DNA of 64,000 nucleotides from Bacteroidota bacterium (lineage in GTDB: Bacteria > Bacteroidota > Bacteroidia > Chitinophagales > Chitinophagaceae), in NCBI GenBank assembly GCA_016868585.1, contig VGGR01000003.1, forward strand, positions 167,128-231,127. The letters are read 5' to 3'. This document shows positions 31,082 to 39,723 of the stretch, one piece after another. A program made the translations under genes and the position numbers. Each line of letters opens with the position of its first letter. Within the stretch, counting starts at the first letter, position 1. The notes under the pieces were generated by a model. It ran no database searches. It saw nothing but the letters and a program-made list of their open reading frames with translations, and had not been told where the DNA came from.

Positions 31082-32263
31082 ATGTCTATCCAGCAATTCA
31101 TTGGCGGCTTAATCTTGATTTTTGTTGCCGCTTGCGCCGGAAACGGGGCAAAAAAATTTACGGTTAATGGAAAGATGATGGACCGTTCCGCTTCCATCAT
31201 TTATCTGGAGGAAGTGCCTATGGCAACCATGCAGCGTGTTTTGATTGACTCAGTAAAACCGGATAAAGACGGCGCTTTCACGCTTCAGGCAAAAGCGGAG
31301 GAAGAAACTATTTTCAATATTCGTGTAGAGAATCAAGAATATCCGGCAGCTTCATTGGTAAATGATGCTGCGGCTGTTTCGTTGACGCTATACTATAATC
31401 CGGATAGTCTTGATTTTCCGGATCGTTACGATGTAGCGGGTTCGCCCTTGAGCAAATCCTTGCAAGCGTACATGCTTGTTTTCAAGAAACAGCTGGAACA
31501 AGTTTTTGTACTAGGCAAACAATTGAACAGTCTGCAACAAGCACCTGTTGTTATAAAGCCCGCTATCGAAGAGTTAGCGGCAAAACGTTCCTTGTTGATT
31601 CAATCTGTTCGGCAGACTACTGATTCCACATTGAATAGTACTACCAATCCTGCATTTACGATGTTGGTACTGGGTTATTATCAAAGTATGGCTGGCAACC
31701 CAGCGTTAGGATTATCAGGATACACTATGGAACAGGTTCAATCCATGGTCAAAAGATTAAGTGATAAAAATCCTAAGCATAAAGGATTGGAAGCGGTAAG
31801 CATTATGATAGCCGCACAACCTAAAGCGCCTCAGGGATTAATTGGACAAACCGCTCCTGAGTTTTCATTACCTGACCCAAATGGGAAAATGATCAGCCTC
31901 AGCTCCCTTAGAGGTCGCTACGTATTAGTGGATTTTTGGGCAAGTTGGTGCAAGCCTTGTCGCATGGAAAATCCTACCGTAGTGGAGGCCTATGCCCGAT
32001 TCAAGAATAGAAACTTTACGGTATTAGGTGTTTCATTAGATAAACCCGACGGAAAGAATGATTGGATGAATGCAGTGATGAAAGATCGGTTAACCTGGAC
32101 ACAGGTTAGTGATCTGCAATATTGGGAAAGTCCAGTTGTTCCGCTCTATAATATTCAGGGTATTCCTTACAATGTGTTGATAGACCCTGCCGGAAAAATA
32201 GTGGCAGAATCATTACGCGGCCAACAGCTGGCTGCCACACTTGAACAAGTACTGACGAAATAG
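31082..32263 (+). CDS. TlpA-type disulfide reductase lipoprotein (N-terminal DUF4369-like + AhpC/TSA)
   Basis: Lipobox VAAC, VDFWASWCKPCRMENP, YNIQGIP. Confidence 0.9.
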   Translation: MSIQQFIGGLILIFVAACAGNGAKKFTVNGKMMDRSASIIYLEEVPMATMQRVLIDSVKPDKDGAFTLQAKAEEETIFNIRVENQEYPAASLVNDAAAVSLTLYYNPDSLDFPDRYDVAGSPLSKSLQAYMLVFKKQLEQVFVLGKQLNSLQQAPVVIKPAIEELAAKRSLLIQSVRQTTDSTLNSTTNPAFTMLVLGYYQSMAGNPALGLSGYTMEQVQSMVKRLSDKNPKHKGLEAVSIMIAAQPKAPQGLIGQTAPEFSLPDPNGKMISLSSLRGRYVLVDFWASWCKPCRMENPTVVEAYARFKNRNFTVLGVSLDKPDGKNDWMNAVMKDRLTWTQVSDLQYWESPVVPLYNIQGIPYNVLIDPAGKIVAESLRGQQLAATLEQVLTK

Positions 32264-32264
32264 A

Positions 32265-32497
32265 TCATCTCTTTTTTGTTCCCCAGGGGGCGTAAGAAAA
32301 TTGTTGAATTGTTTTTTGTGTACGGGGTTTTCGCAAGGGCTTGCAAGGTTTCAACGATTTGTTACAAACTGACGGTATTCACTACCACCGATCGGGCCGG
32401 AATTTTTTCTCCTTCTCGAACTACGATGAGTGCACACACAATTGTTTCATGAACTGGGACCTACAATAGGTTTGATACCATTGAAGGAGTAGAACAT
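32265..32497 (-). pseudogene. paaY: Remnant of PaaY (hexapeptide-repeat, gamma-carbonic-anhydrase-like) gene
   Basis: Three out-of-frame pieces: MFYSFNGIKPIVGPSS* (TGA 32447-32449), IVCALIVVREGEKIPARSVVV, and KSLKPCKPL...YAPWGTKKR*. They resemble the PaaY N-terminus, late hexapeptide region and C-terminus. Located at the end of the paa operon. Confidence 0.7.
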
Positions 32498-32505
32498 AGT
32501 AAAAT

Positions 32506-32931
32506 TTAAACCAGTGTTTTATGGGTACGATAACAAAGTCCCTTGAACTGTGCTACTAATGCTTGTTGTTGATTATAAATAGCAATCTGATAGAGACCGG
32601 TATTTTTTCCATTATGCAATTCTGTGGCCGTGGCCGTTAACTGATCTCCTACCTGTACAGGGTTGGTAAAATTGATAGAAGTATCCAAGGCTACTGATAA
32701 ATTATTTCTATTGTTACAGGCAAATGCAAAAGCGCTATCTGCCAATGAAAAAATAATTCCTCCATGCACAATTCCAAATCCATTCACCATTTCTTCTCGT
32801 ATTAGCATACGAATTTGACTATAGCCTTCTTTTACCTCCAATACCTCAATACCTAACCATTGCGAGAAGCGATCCTCCTGCATCATGCGTTGCACCACTT
32901 GTTGCGCTAGTTGGTTTTCTGGTGTTGACAT
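32506..32931 (-). CDS. paaI: PaaI hotdog-fold acyl-CoA thioesterase
   Basis: DRFSQWLGI, NGFGIVHGGIIFSLADSAFAFACN. Confidence 0.93.
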   Translation of the reverse strand: MSTPENQLAQQVVQRMMQEDRFSQWLGIEVLEVKEGYSQIRMLIREEMVNGFGIVHGGIIFSLADSAFAFACNNRNNLSVALDTSINFTNPVQVGDQLTATATELHNGKNTGLYQIAIYNQQQALVAQFKGLCYRTHKTLV

Positions 32932-32939
32932 AAAAAATA

Positions 32940-33713
32940 TTAATGTCCTTTAAACACAGGTTTTCTTTTTTCCAAAAATGCGGTTACTCCTTCTTTGAAA
33001 TCGTCGGAAGCAGCGGCTTGTTGTTGCAATTGGTCCTCCAGGGCTAATTGTTGTGCTAAATTATGGGTAGCACTTTGATTCAATTGCTCTTTAATCAGTG
33101 CCAGTGCCCGGGTGGGCATGGCTGCCAGTTGCTTGACCAGGGCCATGGCCTCTTCCTGTAGTTGTTCGGCCACCACTGTTTTCCAGATCAATCCCATTTG
33201 CAGGGCTTCTGCGCCTGTTATTTTTTCGCCTAACATCATCAATCCGGCTGCGCGTTGCCAACCCACTAAGCGAGGCAGAAAAAAGCTGCCTCCTGAATCA
33301 GGCACTAATCCAATTTTTGAAAACGCTTGTATAAAAGTAGCGCTGTCACTGGCAATACATAGATCACAGCTCAAAGCCAGATTAGCACCTGCTCCGGCCG
33401 CTACGCCATTTACTGCAGCTACCACCGGTTTTTGTAAAGAACGAATTTGTGTAATGAGGGGATTGTAGTGCTCTTTCAATATTCGCTCCATGCCCGGCCC
33501 ATGCGGATCAATGGCTTCGTCTAGATCTTGTCCTGCGCAAAATGCTTTACCTGCTCCTGTAATCAAAACAGCACGGCAACTATTGTCCGTACATTGATCC
33601 AATGCAGCTTGTAATTGCAGGGCCATCTCTCTGTTAATTGCATTGAATTTTTCAGGCCGATTTAGCGTAATAACGGCTATTTGTTCTTTCGTTTCAAATA
33701 CAACAGAACCCAT
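32940..33713 (-). CDS. paaG: PaaG 1,2-epoxyphenylacetyl-CoA isomerase (crotonase fold)
   Basis: AFCAGQDL, EHYNP, NGVAAGAGANLAL, FIQAFSKIGLVPDSGG; -7 element TACCTTTG at 33728-33735 on the minus strand. Confidence 0.9.
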   Translation of the reverse strand: MGSVVFETKEQIAVITLNRPEKFNAINREMALQLQAALDQCTDNSCRAVLITGAGKAFCAGQDLDEAIDPHGPGMERILKEHYNPLITQIRSLQKPVVAAVNGVAAGAGANLALSCDLCIASDSATFIQAFSKIGLVPDSGGSFFLPRLVGWQRAAGLMMLGEKITGAEALQMGLIWKTVVAEQLQEEAMALVKQLAAMPTRALALIKEQLNQSATHNLAQQLALEDQLQQQAAASDDFKEGVTAFLEKRKPVFKGH

Positions 33714-33746
33714 GCAAGCTGTTTTGACAAAGGTAGGGTTTGCTAT

Positions 33747-34250
33747 TTAGTGGCACTTGAAATAATCAAAAGGCTCTCCACAGTCTTGACATTGTAGTAA
33801 TGCTTTGCAAGAGGTACTTCCAAACTCACTGAGTAAGCGAGTATGTTCACTTTTGCATTGTGGGCAAGGAATACCATCAGTTGGAATATTGAATCGTTTT
33901 TCAGGAGGGGCAATGCCGTACGCTTTTAATTTTTCTTTTCCTCGCTCAGCCATCCAATCCGTGGTCCAGGCAGGGAAGATGGTGTGTTTTATTGTGATCG
34001 ATTGATAGCCTAGCGTACTTAATTCCATTTTAATAGTATTGGCTATCCAATCCATTGCCGGACAACCTGAGTAGGTAGTGGTGATGGTGACTTCAATAAT
34101 TCCCGCATCTGCAGGTGGACTTTTTACTTCAATGACCCTTACGATTCCCAGATCGTTGAGCGAGAGCACCGGAATTTCGGGATCATAGATCTGATCCATT
34201 AATTCCCAGCATGCTTGTGTAGCTTCCGTGTGCAAATGAGTGCCGTTCAT
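33747..34250 (-). CDS. paaD: Phenylacetyl-CoA epoxidase subunit PaaD
   Basis: DPEIPVLS, TYSGCPAM, WTTDWM, CPQC, FGSTSCKAL, CQDCGEPFDYFKCH. Confidence 0.93.
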   Translation of the reverse strand: MNGTHLHTEATQACWELMDQIYDPEIPVLSLNDLGIVRVIEVKSPPADAGIIEVTITTTYSGCPAMDWIANTIKMELSTLGYQSITIKHTIFPAWTTDWMAERGKEKLKAYGIAPPEKRFNIPTDGIPCPQCKSEHTRLLSEFGSTSCKALLQCQDCGEPFDYFKCH

Positions 34251-34253
34251 AAT

Positions 34254-34997
34254 TTACCAATCACAGCCCGGGTATGTACGCTGCATATATTGCAAGTCGG
34301 TTAAAATAAAACCCAACTCCTCGGTGTGTATCCCCGTTTTACCTCCCGTTTGCATAAAGCAGGAAGCAAATGATGCAAGTGAAAGTGTGGCTTCTTTGAG
34401 GGTGGATTGAACGGCTGATAACCAATTTGTGTACAACATAGCAGGATCAAGTCCCAGCGCTAATTCGTAGTCAGCTCCCTTGAATAGTTCGCCCGTATAG
34501 GGCCATAGGTTTTCCAATGCGGAGGCAAGACGCGTATGACTTTCTGCAGTACCATCTCCTAAACGCAATACCCATTCTCTACTCCAACGATAATGATAGC
34601 TTACTTCTCTAAGGGCTTTAGTAGCAATGGCAGCTAGTGTGGAATCTTTTTCCTTGGTTAGCTGTGTATAGAGTTCACGTTGAAAACAGCTGAATAAAAA
34701 TTGCCGAAGAATGGTTTGTGCCCAATCTCCATTGGGTCGCTCCACCAGTAAACAATTCTTGTACTCTCTTTCACTACGCAAAAAAGCCAGGGAATCCTCT
34801 GTGGCATCTCCTCCCTTCAGTTGTGCCGCATATTGATACAGGATTCTGGACTGGCCAATCAAATCCAGGGTGATATTAGTGATAGCAATGTCTTGTTCCA
34901 GTACCGGACCGTGACCGCACCATGCAGCATTTCGCTGACCTAGTATAAGTGAATTATCCGAAAGATATAAGGTATAATCAAGAAGCGCTTGTTGCAT
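34254..34997 (-). CDS. paaC: Phenylacetyl-CoA epoxidase subunit PaaC
   Basis: DNSLILGQR, WCGHGPVLEQDIA, LVERPNGDWAQTI, WVLRLGDGT, LQYMQRTYPG. Confidence 0.95.
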   Translation of the reverse strand: MQQALLDYTLYLSDNSLILGQRNAAWCGHGPVLEQDIAITNITLDLIGQSRILYQYAAQLKGGDATEDSLAFLRSEREYKNCLLVERPNGDWAQTILRQFLFSCFQRELYTQLTKEKDSTLAAIATKALREVSYHYRWSREWVLRLGDGTAESHTRLASALENLWPYTGELFKGADYELALGLDPAMLYTNWLSAVQSTLKEATLSLASFASCFMQTGGKTGIHTEELGFILTDLQYMQRTYPGCDW

Positions 34998-35005
34998 GAG
35001 TTGAA

Positions 35006-35371
35006 TTATATGTAATTGACCTGGTCAGGCAAATTGTAAAAAGTTGGATGACGATATACTTTGTCGGCGGCAGGTTCAAATAATTCTCCTGCTTCCGCTG
35101 GATTGGAAGCCGTAAGGCGTTTGCTCTCTACCACCCAAATGCTTACGCCTTCCTGACGTCTGGTGTAGACATCTCTTGCATTTTCAATTGCCATCTGGGC
35201 ATCTGAAGCATGCAGGCTTCCCACATGTTTGTGATCCAGTCCTTGCTTACTCCGGATAAAAACTTCCCAGAGTGGCCAATCGGTTGTGGGTTGTTGATCA
35301 TTGGAAGGAGCCGTGCCACCACCGGCATCGGGAATATCTCCGTAGTATAATTTTTTGATCAAGCGTTGCAT
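35006..35371 (-). CDS. paaB: Phenylacetyl-CoA epoxidase subunit PaaB
   Basis: WPLWEVFIRSKQGLDHKHVGSLHA, ARDVYTRRQEGVSIWVV, KVYRHPTFY. Confidence 0.95.
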   Translation of the reverse strand: MQRLIKKLYYGDIPDAGGGTAPSNDQQPTTDWPLWEVFIRSKQGLDHKHVGSLHASDAQMAIENARDVYTRRQEGVSIWVVESKRLTASNPAEAGELFEPAADKVYRHPTFYNLPDQVNYI

Positions 35372-35376
35372 ATGGG

Positions 35377-36318
35377 TCAGGCTGCTTTAGTACGGGTATT
35401 TTTTTTGTTGGCATAAGCTTGTGCTGCTTCTCGAACCCAGGCACCTTGCCCCCAAGCTTTTTTTCTGGCCTCCAATCTTTCCTTGTTACAGGGGCCATTT
35501 CCTTTTACCACCTGCCAGAATTCGTTCCAATTAATTTCTCCAAAATCATAGTGATTACGGATAGCATTCCAACGTAAGGCAGGATCGGGTAAGGTCATTC
35601 CCAACACTTTTATCTGCTCGGCGATCATATCTACAAACTGCTGACGAAGCTCGTCATTTGTTTTACGCTTGATCCTCCATTTCATACTCATGTCACTATT
35701 GGTGCTTTCGTGATCACGGGGTCCAAACATCATGAGTGCCGGCCACCACCATCTATTGATGGCATCCTGGCAAAGCACACGCTGCCCCTCACTTCCTTTT
35801 GAAAGAACCAATAGCGATTCAAAGCCTTGTCGTTGATGAAAACTTTCTTCTTTACAAATTCTTACCATGGCTCTGGCGTAAGGTCCATAGGAAGTACGGG
35901 TTAGCATCACTTGATTCATAATGGCAGCCCCATCTACCAGCCATCCAATGGCACCCATGTCGGCCCAAGTGAGCGCGGGGTAATTAAAAATGGAGGAATA
36001 TTTTGCCTTTCCGCTATGCAAGTCGTTGATCATTTGTTCTCTGGATTGCCCTAATGTTTCTGCAGCTGCATATAGGTATAATCCATGCCCGCCTTCATCC
36101 TGAATTTTGGCAATTAAAATGACTTTTCGTTTTAATGAAGGAGCGCGTGAAACCCAATTTCCTTCTGGCAACATCCCTACAACTTCACTATGCGCATGCT
36201 GACTGATCTGACGAATATTTGTTTTACGATAGGCATCAGGCATCCAATCCTTGGGCTCTATTTTTATCTCCTGATCGATCTTGTGTTGAAACTGCTCTTC
36301 GAGATTATGGCTATCCAT
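35377..36318 (-). CDS. paaA: Phenylacetyl-CoA epoxidase catalytic subunit PaaA
   Basis: [34 protein letters not shown] di-iron ligands, RWWWP. Confidence 0.97.
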   Translation of the reverse strand: MDSHNLEEQFQHKIDQEIKIEPKDWMPDAYRKTNIRQISQHAHSEVVGMLPEGNWVSRAPSLKRKVILIAKIQDEGGHGLYLYAAAETLGQSREQMINDLHSGKAKYSSIFNYPALTWADMGAIGWLVDGAAIMNQVMLTRTSYGPYARAMVRICKEESFHQRQGFESLLVLSKGSEGQRVLCQDAINRWWWPALMMFGPRDHESTNSDMSMKWRIKRKTNDELRQQFVDMIAEQIKVLGMTLPDPALRWNAIRNHYDFGEINWNEFWQVVKGNGPCNKERLEARKKAWGQGAWVREAAQAYANKKNTRTKAA

Positions 36319-36351
36319 GCAAAAGACTTAAAATGTTAGTTGATTAAAAAA

Positions 36352-36375
36352 CTAACAAGTGTTAGGGCAAATTTA
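36352..36375 (-). promoter_or_regulatory. paaA promoter (-7 TAAATTTG) with overlapping palindromic operator CTAAC-N4-GTTAG
   Basis: TAAATTTG on - at 36368-36375; palindrome CTAACAAGTGTTAG at 36352-36365 covers the expected transcription start. Confidence 0.6.
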
Positions 36376-36389
36376 AACGGTCACAACCA

Positions 36390-37463
36390 TTATTTATCAA
36401 AATCTATCACAATTTTTTCTGTTCGGGGATGACTTTGGCAGGTCAAGATATAACCCTGTTCAATCTCTTCTTGTTCCAGCCCCCAGTGAACATCCATGCT
36501 GACCTCTCCTTCTAATAGTTTGGCTTTACAGGTACAACACATCCCTCCTTTGCAGGCAAAGGGTAGATCTGCTCCTTGCTCCAGGGTCGCATCCAGAATG
36601 GTGGTTTTGCTGTTCAGGGGGATCACAATTTCAAATTGTCGATCGTCCAAACGTATGCTGATTTGACTTTTCACCGTGCTCTTTCCGCCACTGGTTTTAG
36701 TGCCAGTGGCTGTAGTTGTGTTACCTGCAGTGAAAAGTTCTGTGTGTAATTTTTTCTTTTCCAACCCCTGTTGTTGCAAAAAGTCCATGGCTGTATCAGT
36801 CATTTCACGAGGGCCGCATAAAAACACCTCATCAAGTTGTTGAAAAGGGATCAGCTTATATAGACTTGCAAGTTTTTCCTGATCGATCCTTCCAGAGTTG
36901 AGTGTGCTATCTGTTTTTTCGCGACTCAATATATGGATCAGCTGAAAGCGATTCATATATTGATTTTTCAAAGCTTCTAATTGTTCAAAGAAAATAATGG
37001 AATGTCGGCTACGATTACCATACACCAATACAAAATTGCTATGAGGTTCAGTAGCCAATGTTGTTTTAATAATAGAAAGAAGGGGAGTGATCCCACTTCC
37101 GGCAGCCAGCGCCAAATAATTTTTCTGTTGCGTGGAATCAAGCGGCGAGTAAAATTTTCCGGTGGGGGGCATTACTTCCAATACGTCCCCGGCTTGCAGG
37201 TTTTCATTGGCAAAAGTAGAAAAAACACCTCCGTTGATTTTTTTTATGGCAACACGTAGTTCTTGATCCAATGGGGAAGAGCAGATAGAATAACTACGGC
37301 GAATTTCTTGTTCGTTCACCACAGCTTTCAATACCAGATTTTGCCCTTGTGTAAATTGAAAAACAGAGAACAAGGAGTCGGGAACTTCAAAAAGGAGGGA
37401 CACACATTCTTCGGTTTCTTTCCTTACCTCTTTAATGGGTAATCGGTAAAAGTGCAACGACAT
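36390..37463 (-). CDS. paaE: Phenylacetyl-CoA epoxidase reductase PaaE (FAD/NAD-binding + 2Fe-2S)
   Basis: RRSYSICS, AAGSGITP, FLCGP, CKGGMCCTC...ILTCQ. Confidence 0.93.
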   Translation of the reverse strand: MSLHFYRLPIKEVRKETEECVSLLFEVPDSLFSVFQFTQGQNLVLKAVVNEQEIRRSYSICSSPLDQELRVAIKKINGGVFSTFANENLQAGDVLEVMPPTGKFYSPLDSTQQKNYLALAAGSGITPLLSIIKTTLATEPHSNFVLVYGNRSRHSIIFFEQLEALKNQYMNRFQLIHILSREKTDSTLNSGRIDQEKLASLYKLIPFQQLDEVFLCGPREMTDTAMDFLQQQGLEKKKLHTELFTAGNTTTATGTKTSGGKSTVKSQISIRLDDRQFEIVIPLNSKTTILDATLEQGADLPFACKGGMCCTCKAKLLEGEVSMDVHWGLEQEEIEQGYILTCQSHPRTEKIVIDFDK

Positions 37464-37465
37464 GT

Positions 37466-38065
37466 TTAATCGTTTTTGCGCAGCCCGTCAATTAAAATAG
37501 TCAGCATATTCTCTTCTAATTCGCGGGCATTGATTTTTTTCCGGCTTCGATGCCAGCTTTCAATACCACCAATTGCATGTAATAAAATTAAAACAGCAGT
37601 TGGAGCATCAATATACCTGATTTCTTTTTTCTCAATTCCCTGTTCAAACAGGGCTGCAAAACGTTTCCGATAGGTTCGGCGTTGCGTTTGAAAATTTGAT
37701 AAATAGGGTTCTTCCAAATGACGCCATTCCCGATCAGCTACAAAAACCTGTTCGTAATTATCAATAATTTGTTGAATATGAAAACGAATGATACGCTCAA
37801 TTTTGGCAATGGTGTTGGCTGAACTGCTTTCCACCTGATCCATATGTTCGTTGAATAGATTAGCCATCTCAAAACAGATGGCCTCTAGAATTTCTTGTTT
37901 AGAGCGAATGTGATTGTATAAGCTGGCAGCTTCAATGCCCACTTCTTCAGCCAGGTCTCGCATGGAGGTGGCTGAAAAACCACGTTGACGAAACATACTA
38001 GCTGCTTTCAGCAGTATTAATCCCTTTTTGGATGCTTTCTTTCCAGGAGTTTTTGCCATAGACAA
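37466..38065 (-). CDS. TetR/AcrR family regulator, probable PaaR-type
   Basis: N-terminal HTH (AASMFRQRGFSATSMRDLAEEVGIEAASLYNHIRSKQEIL); co-oriented at the head of the paa genes. Confidence 0.9.
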   Translation of the reverse strand: MSMAKTPGKKASKKGLILLKAASMFRQRGFSATSMRDLAEEVGIEAASLYNHIRSKQEILEAICFEMANLFNEHMDQVESSSANTIAKIERIIRFHIQQIIDNYEQVFVADREWRHLEEPYLSNFQTQRRTYRKRFAALFEQGIEKKEIRYIDAPTAVLILLHAIGGIESWHRSRKKINARELEENMLTILIDGLRKND

Positions 38066-38131
38066 ATAAAGAGTGGGAAGGTAGTGAATTACCGGCTTTT
38101 TTTATAGGATGAATTAACATAGGTTTGCCCC

Positions 38132-39055
38132 ATGTCATTAATATCTGTTGGAACCATGGCCTTTGATGCCATTGAAACACCATTTGGCAAAACAGACCGA
38201 ATTGTAGGCGGGTCTGCAACCTATGTAGCTTACTCAGCCAGCAACTTTATTAAACCTGTACAGCAGATTTCCATTATTGGAAATGATTTTCCGTCGGAGG
38301 AACTTTTTGATTTGCGTGCACGTGGCGTTCAATTGGATGGAGTGGAAGTGGTATCCGACAAACCCTCCTTTTTTTGGAAGGGACGTTATCATGAGGATAT
38401 GAATAATCGTGACACTTTGGTAACTGATCTGAATGTGCTGGCTGATTTTGACCCTAAGGTGCCGGAATCCTATCAGGGAGCGGAGTTTTTAATGTTGGGA
38501 AATCTCTTACCCAAGCTACAATTGAATGTGATCCAGGAGTTGCGTACCCGTCCTCGCTTTATTGCTATGGACACCATGAATTTTTGGATGGAAACAGCCA
38601 TGTCAGATTTAAAGATTGTGTTACGCTATGTAGATATGCTGATGGTAAATGACAGCGAAGCAAGACAGCTCTCCGGACAATTTTCATTAGTAAAAGCTGC
38701 AAAAAGCATAATGGAAATGGGCCCCAAGTACCTGATCATAAAAAAGGGCGAACACGGCGCACTTCTCTTTCATTTTGATCAGGTATTTTATGCACCTGCC
38801 TTACCCCTGAAAGATGTGTTTGATCCCACTGGTGCCGGAGATAGTTTTGCCGGAGGTTTTATGGGCTTTTTGGCAAAGACCGGCGATATCTCTTTTGCAA
38901 ACATGAAAAGGGGAATCATTGCGGGATCTGCGTTAGCCAGCTTCTGTGTAGAAAAGTTTGGACCAACTCGATTGAAAGAAGTGAACCAAGACGATATCAA
39001 CGGGCGTATTCGCTTGTTCCAGGATCTGGTCAATTTTGATATTGAACTTTCCTAA
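38132..39055 (+). CDS. PfkB family carbohydrate/nucleoside kinase
   Basis: GGSATY, NDSEARQL, KKGEHGA, DPTGAGDSFAGG. Confidence 0.92.
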   Translation: MSLISVGTMAFDAIETPFGKTDRIVGGSATYVAYSASNFIKPVQQISIIGNDFPSEELFDLRARGVQLDGVEVVSDKPSFFWKGRYHEDMNNRDTLVTDLNVLADFDPKVPESYQGAEFLMLGNLLPKLQLNVIQELRTRPRFIAMDTMNFWMETAMSDLKIVLRYVDMLMVNDSEARQLSGQFSLVKAAKSIMEMGPKYLIIKKGEHGALLFHFDQVFYAPALPLKDVFDPTGAGDSFAGGFMGFLAKTGDISFANMKRGIIAGSALASFCVEKFGPTRLKEVNQDDINGRIRLFQDLVNFDIELS

Positions 39056-39089
39056 AGCCTTTCTGCTTTTGCGCACCGTCCAATTGCTT

Positions 39090-39656
39090 TTATTTCCGCG
39101 CAAATGAATATCCGAATTTTACGCCAAACCACACTGGCCAAAATCCGTTTTCATTAAAATGGGGCGTAACGGCAACACCCCACATGATGCCGCCATTCTC
39201 AGGTTGTCTGCGATAGCCCAAAGCCATATGACCAAATACTGAATTTTTAGCATCAATAGATAATCCTGCCACGTCCACAGGGTAGGGGTCATAGTTACCA
39301 CCCCCACCCCAATCATATTTGTCGTCATAATGCAAAAAAGTGGCTCCAAATCCCATTTCAAAGAAGTGCTTATTGTCTTTAGTAAGTAGCCAGTTTACGC
39401 CCAGTGGCAGGGTGAATAATTTTTCGTAGGCACTGGTGAATCCTCCTAAACCAACTTTAAAACCTATACCATCTGCTGCCTTTTTTAAACGAGTCTCATA
39501 CATGGCATTGAATGCAATCCCGTTTCCGCCCAATTCAGTGTATATATTTTGGCGAGGGGCTGCTTCTTGAAATTGACTAGGCATCCTTTGTGCTTGGCTA
39601 CCGGAAATAAATAAACCACCTATTAGCGCTACAAGGACCACAATTTGCTTTTGCAT
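39090..39656 (-). CDS. Hypothetical outer-membrane beta-barrel protein
   Basis: Signal peptide, alternating amphipathic strands, C-terminal GVKFGYSF. ATG 39656 preferred. Confidence 0.65.
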   Translation of the reverse strand: MQKQIVVLVALIGGLFISGSQAQRMPSQFQEAAPRQNIYTELGGNGIAFNAMYETRLKKAADGIGFKVGLGGFTSAYEKLFTLPLGVNWLLTKDNKHFFEMGFGATFLHYDDKYDWGGGGNYDPYPVDVAGLSIDAKNSVFGHMALGYRRQPENGGIMWGVAVTPHFNENGFWPVWFGVKFGYSFARK

Positions 39657-39723
39657 AAAGTTGAATTTGTTATAATGACTATCACAAGATAAATAATGCT
39701 GCACTGTGTTCGATCCACAAATG

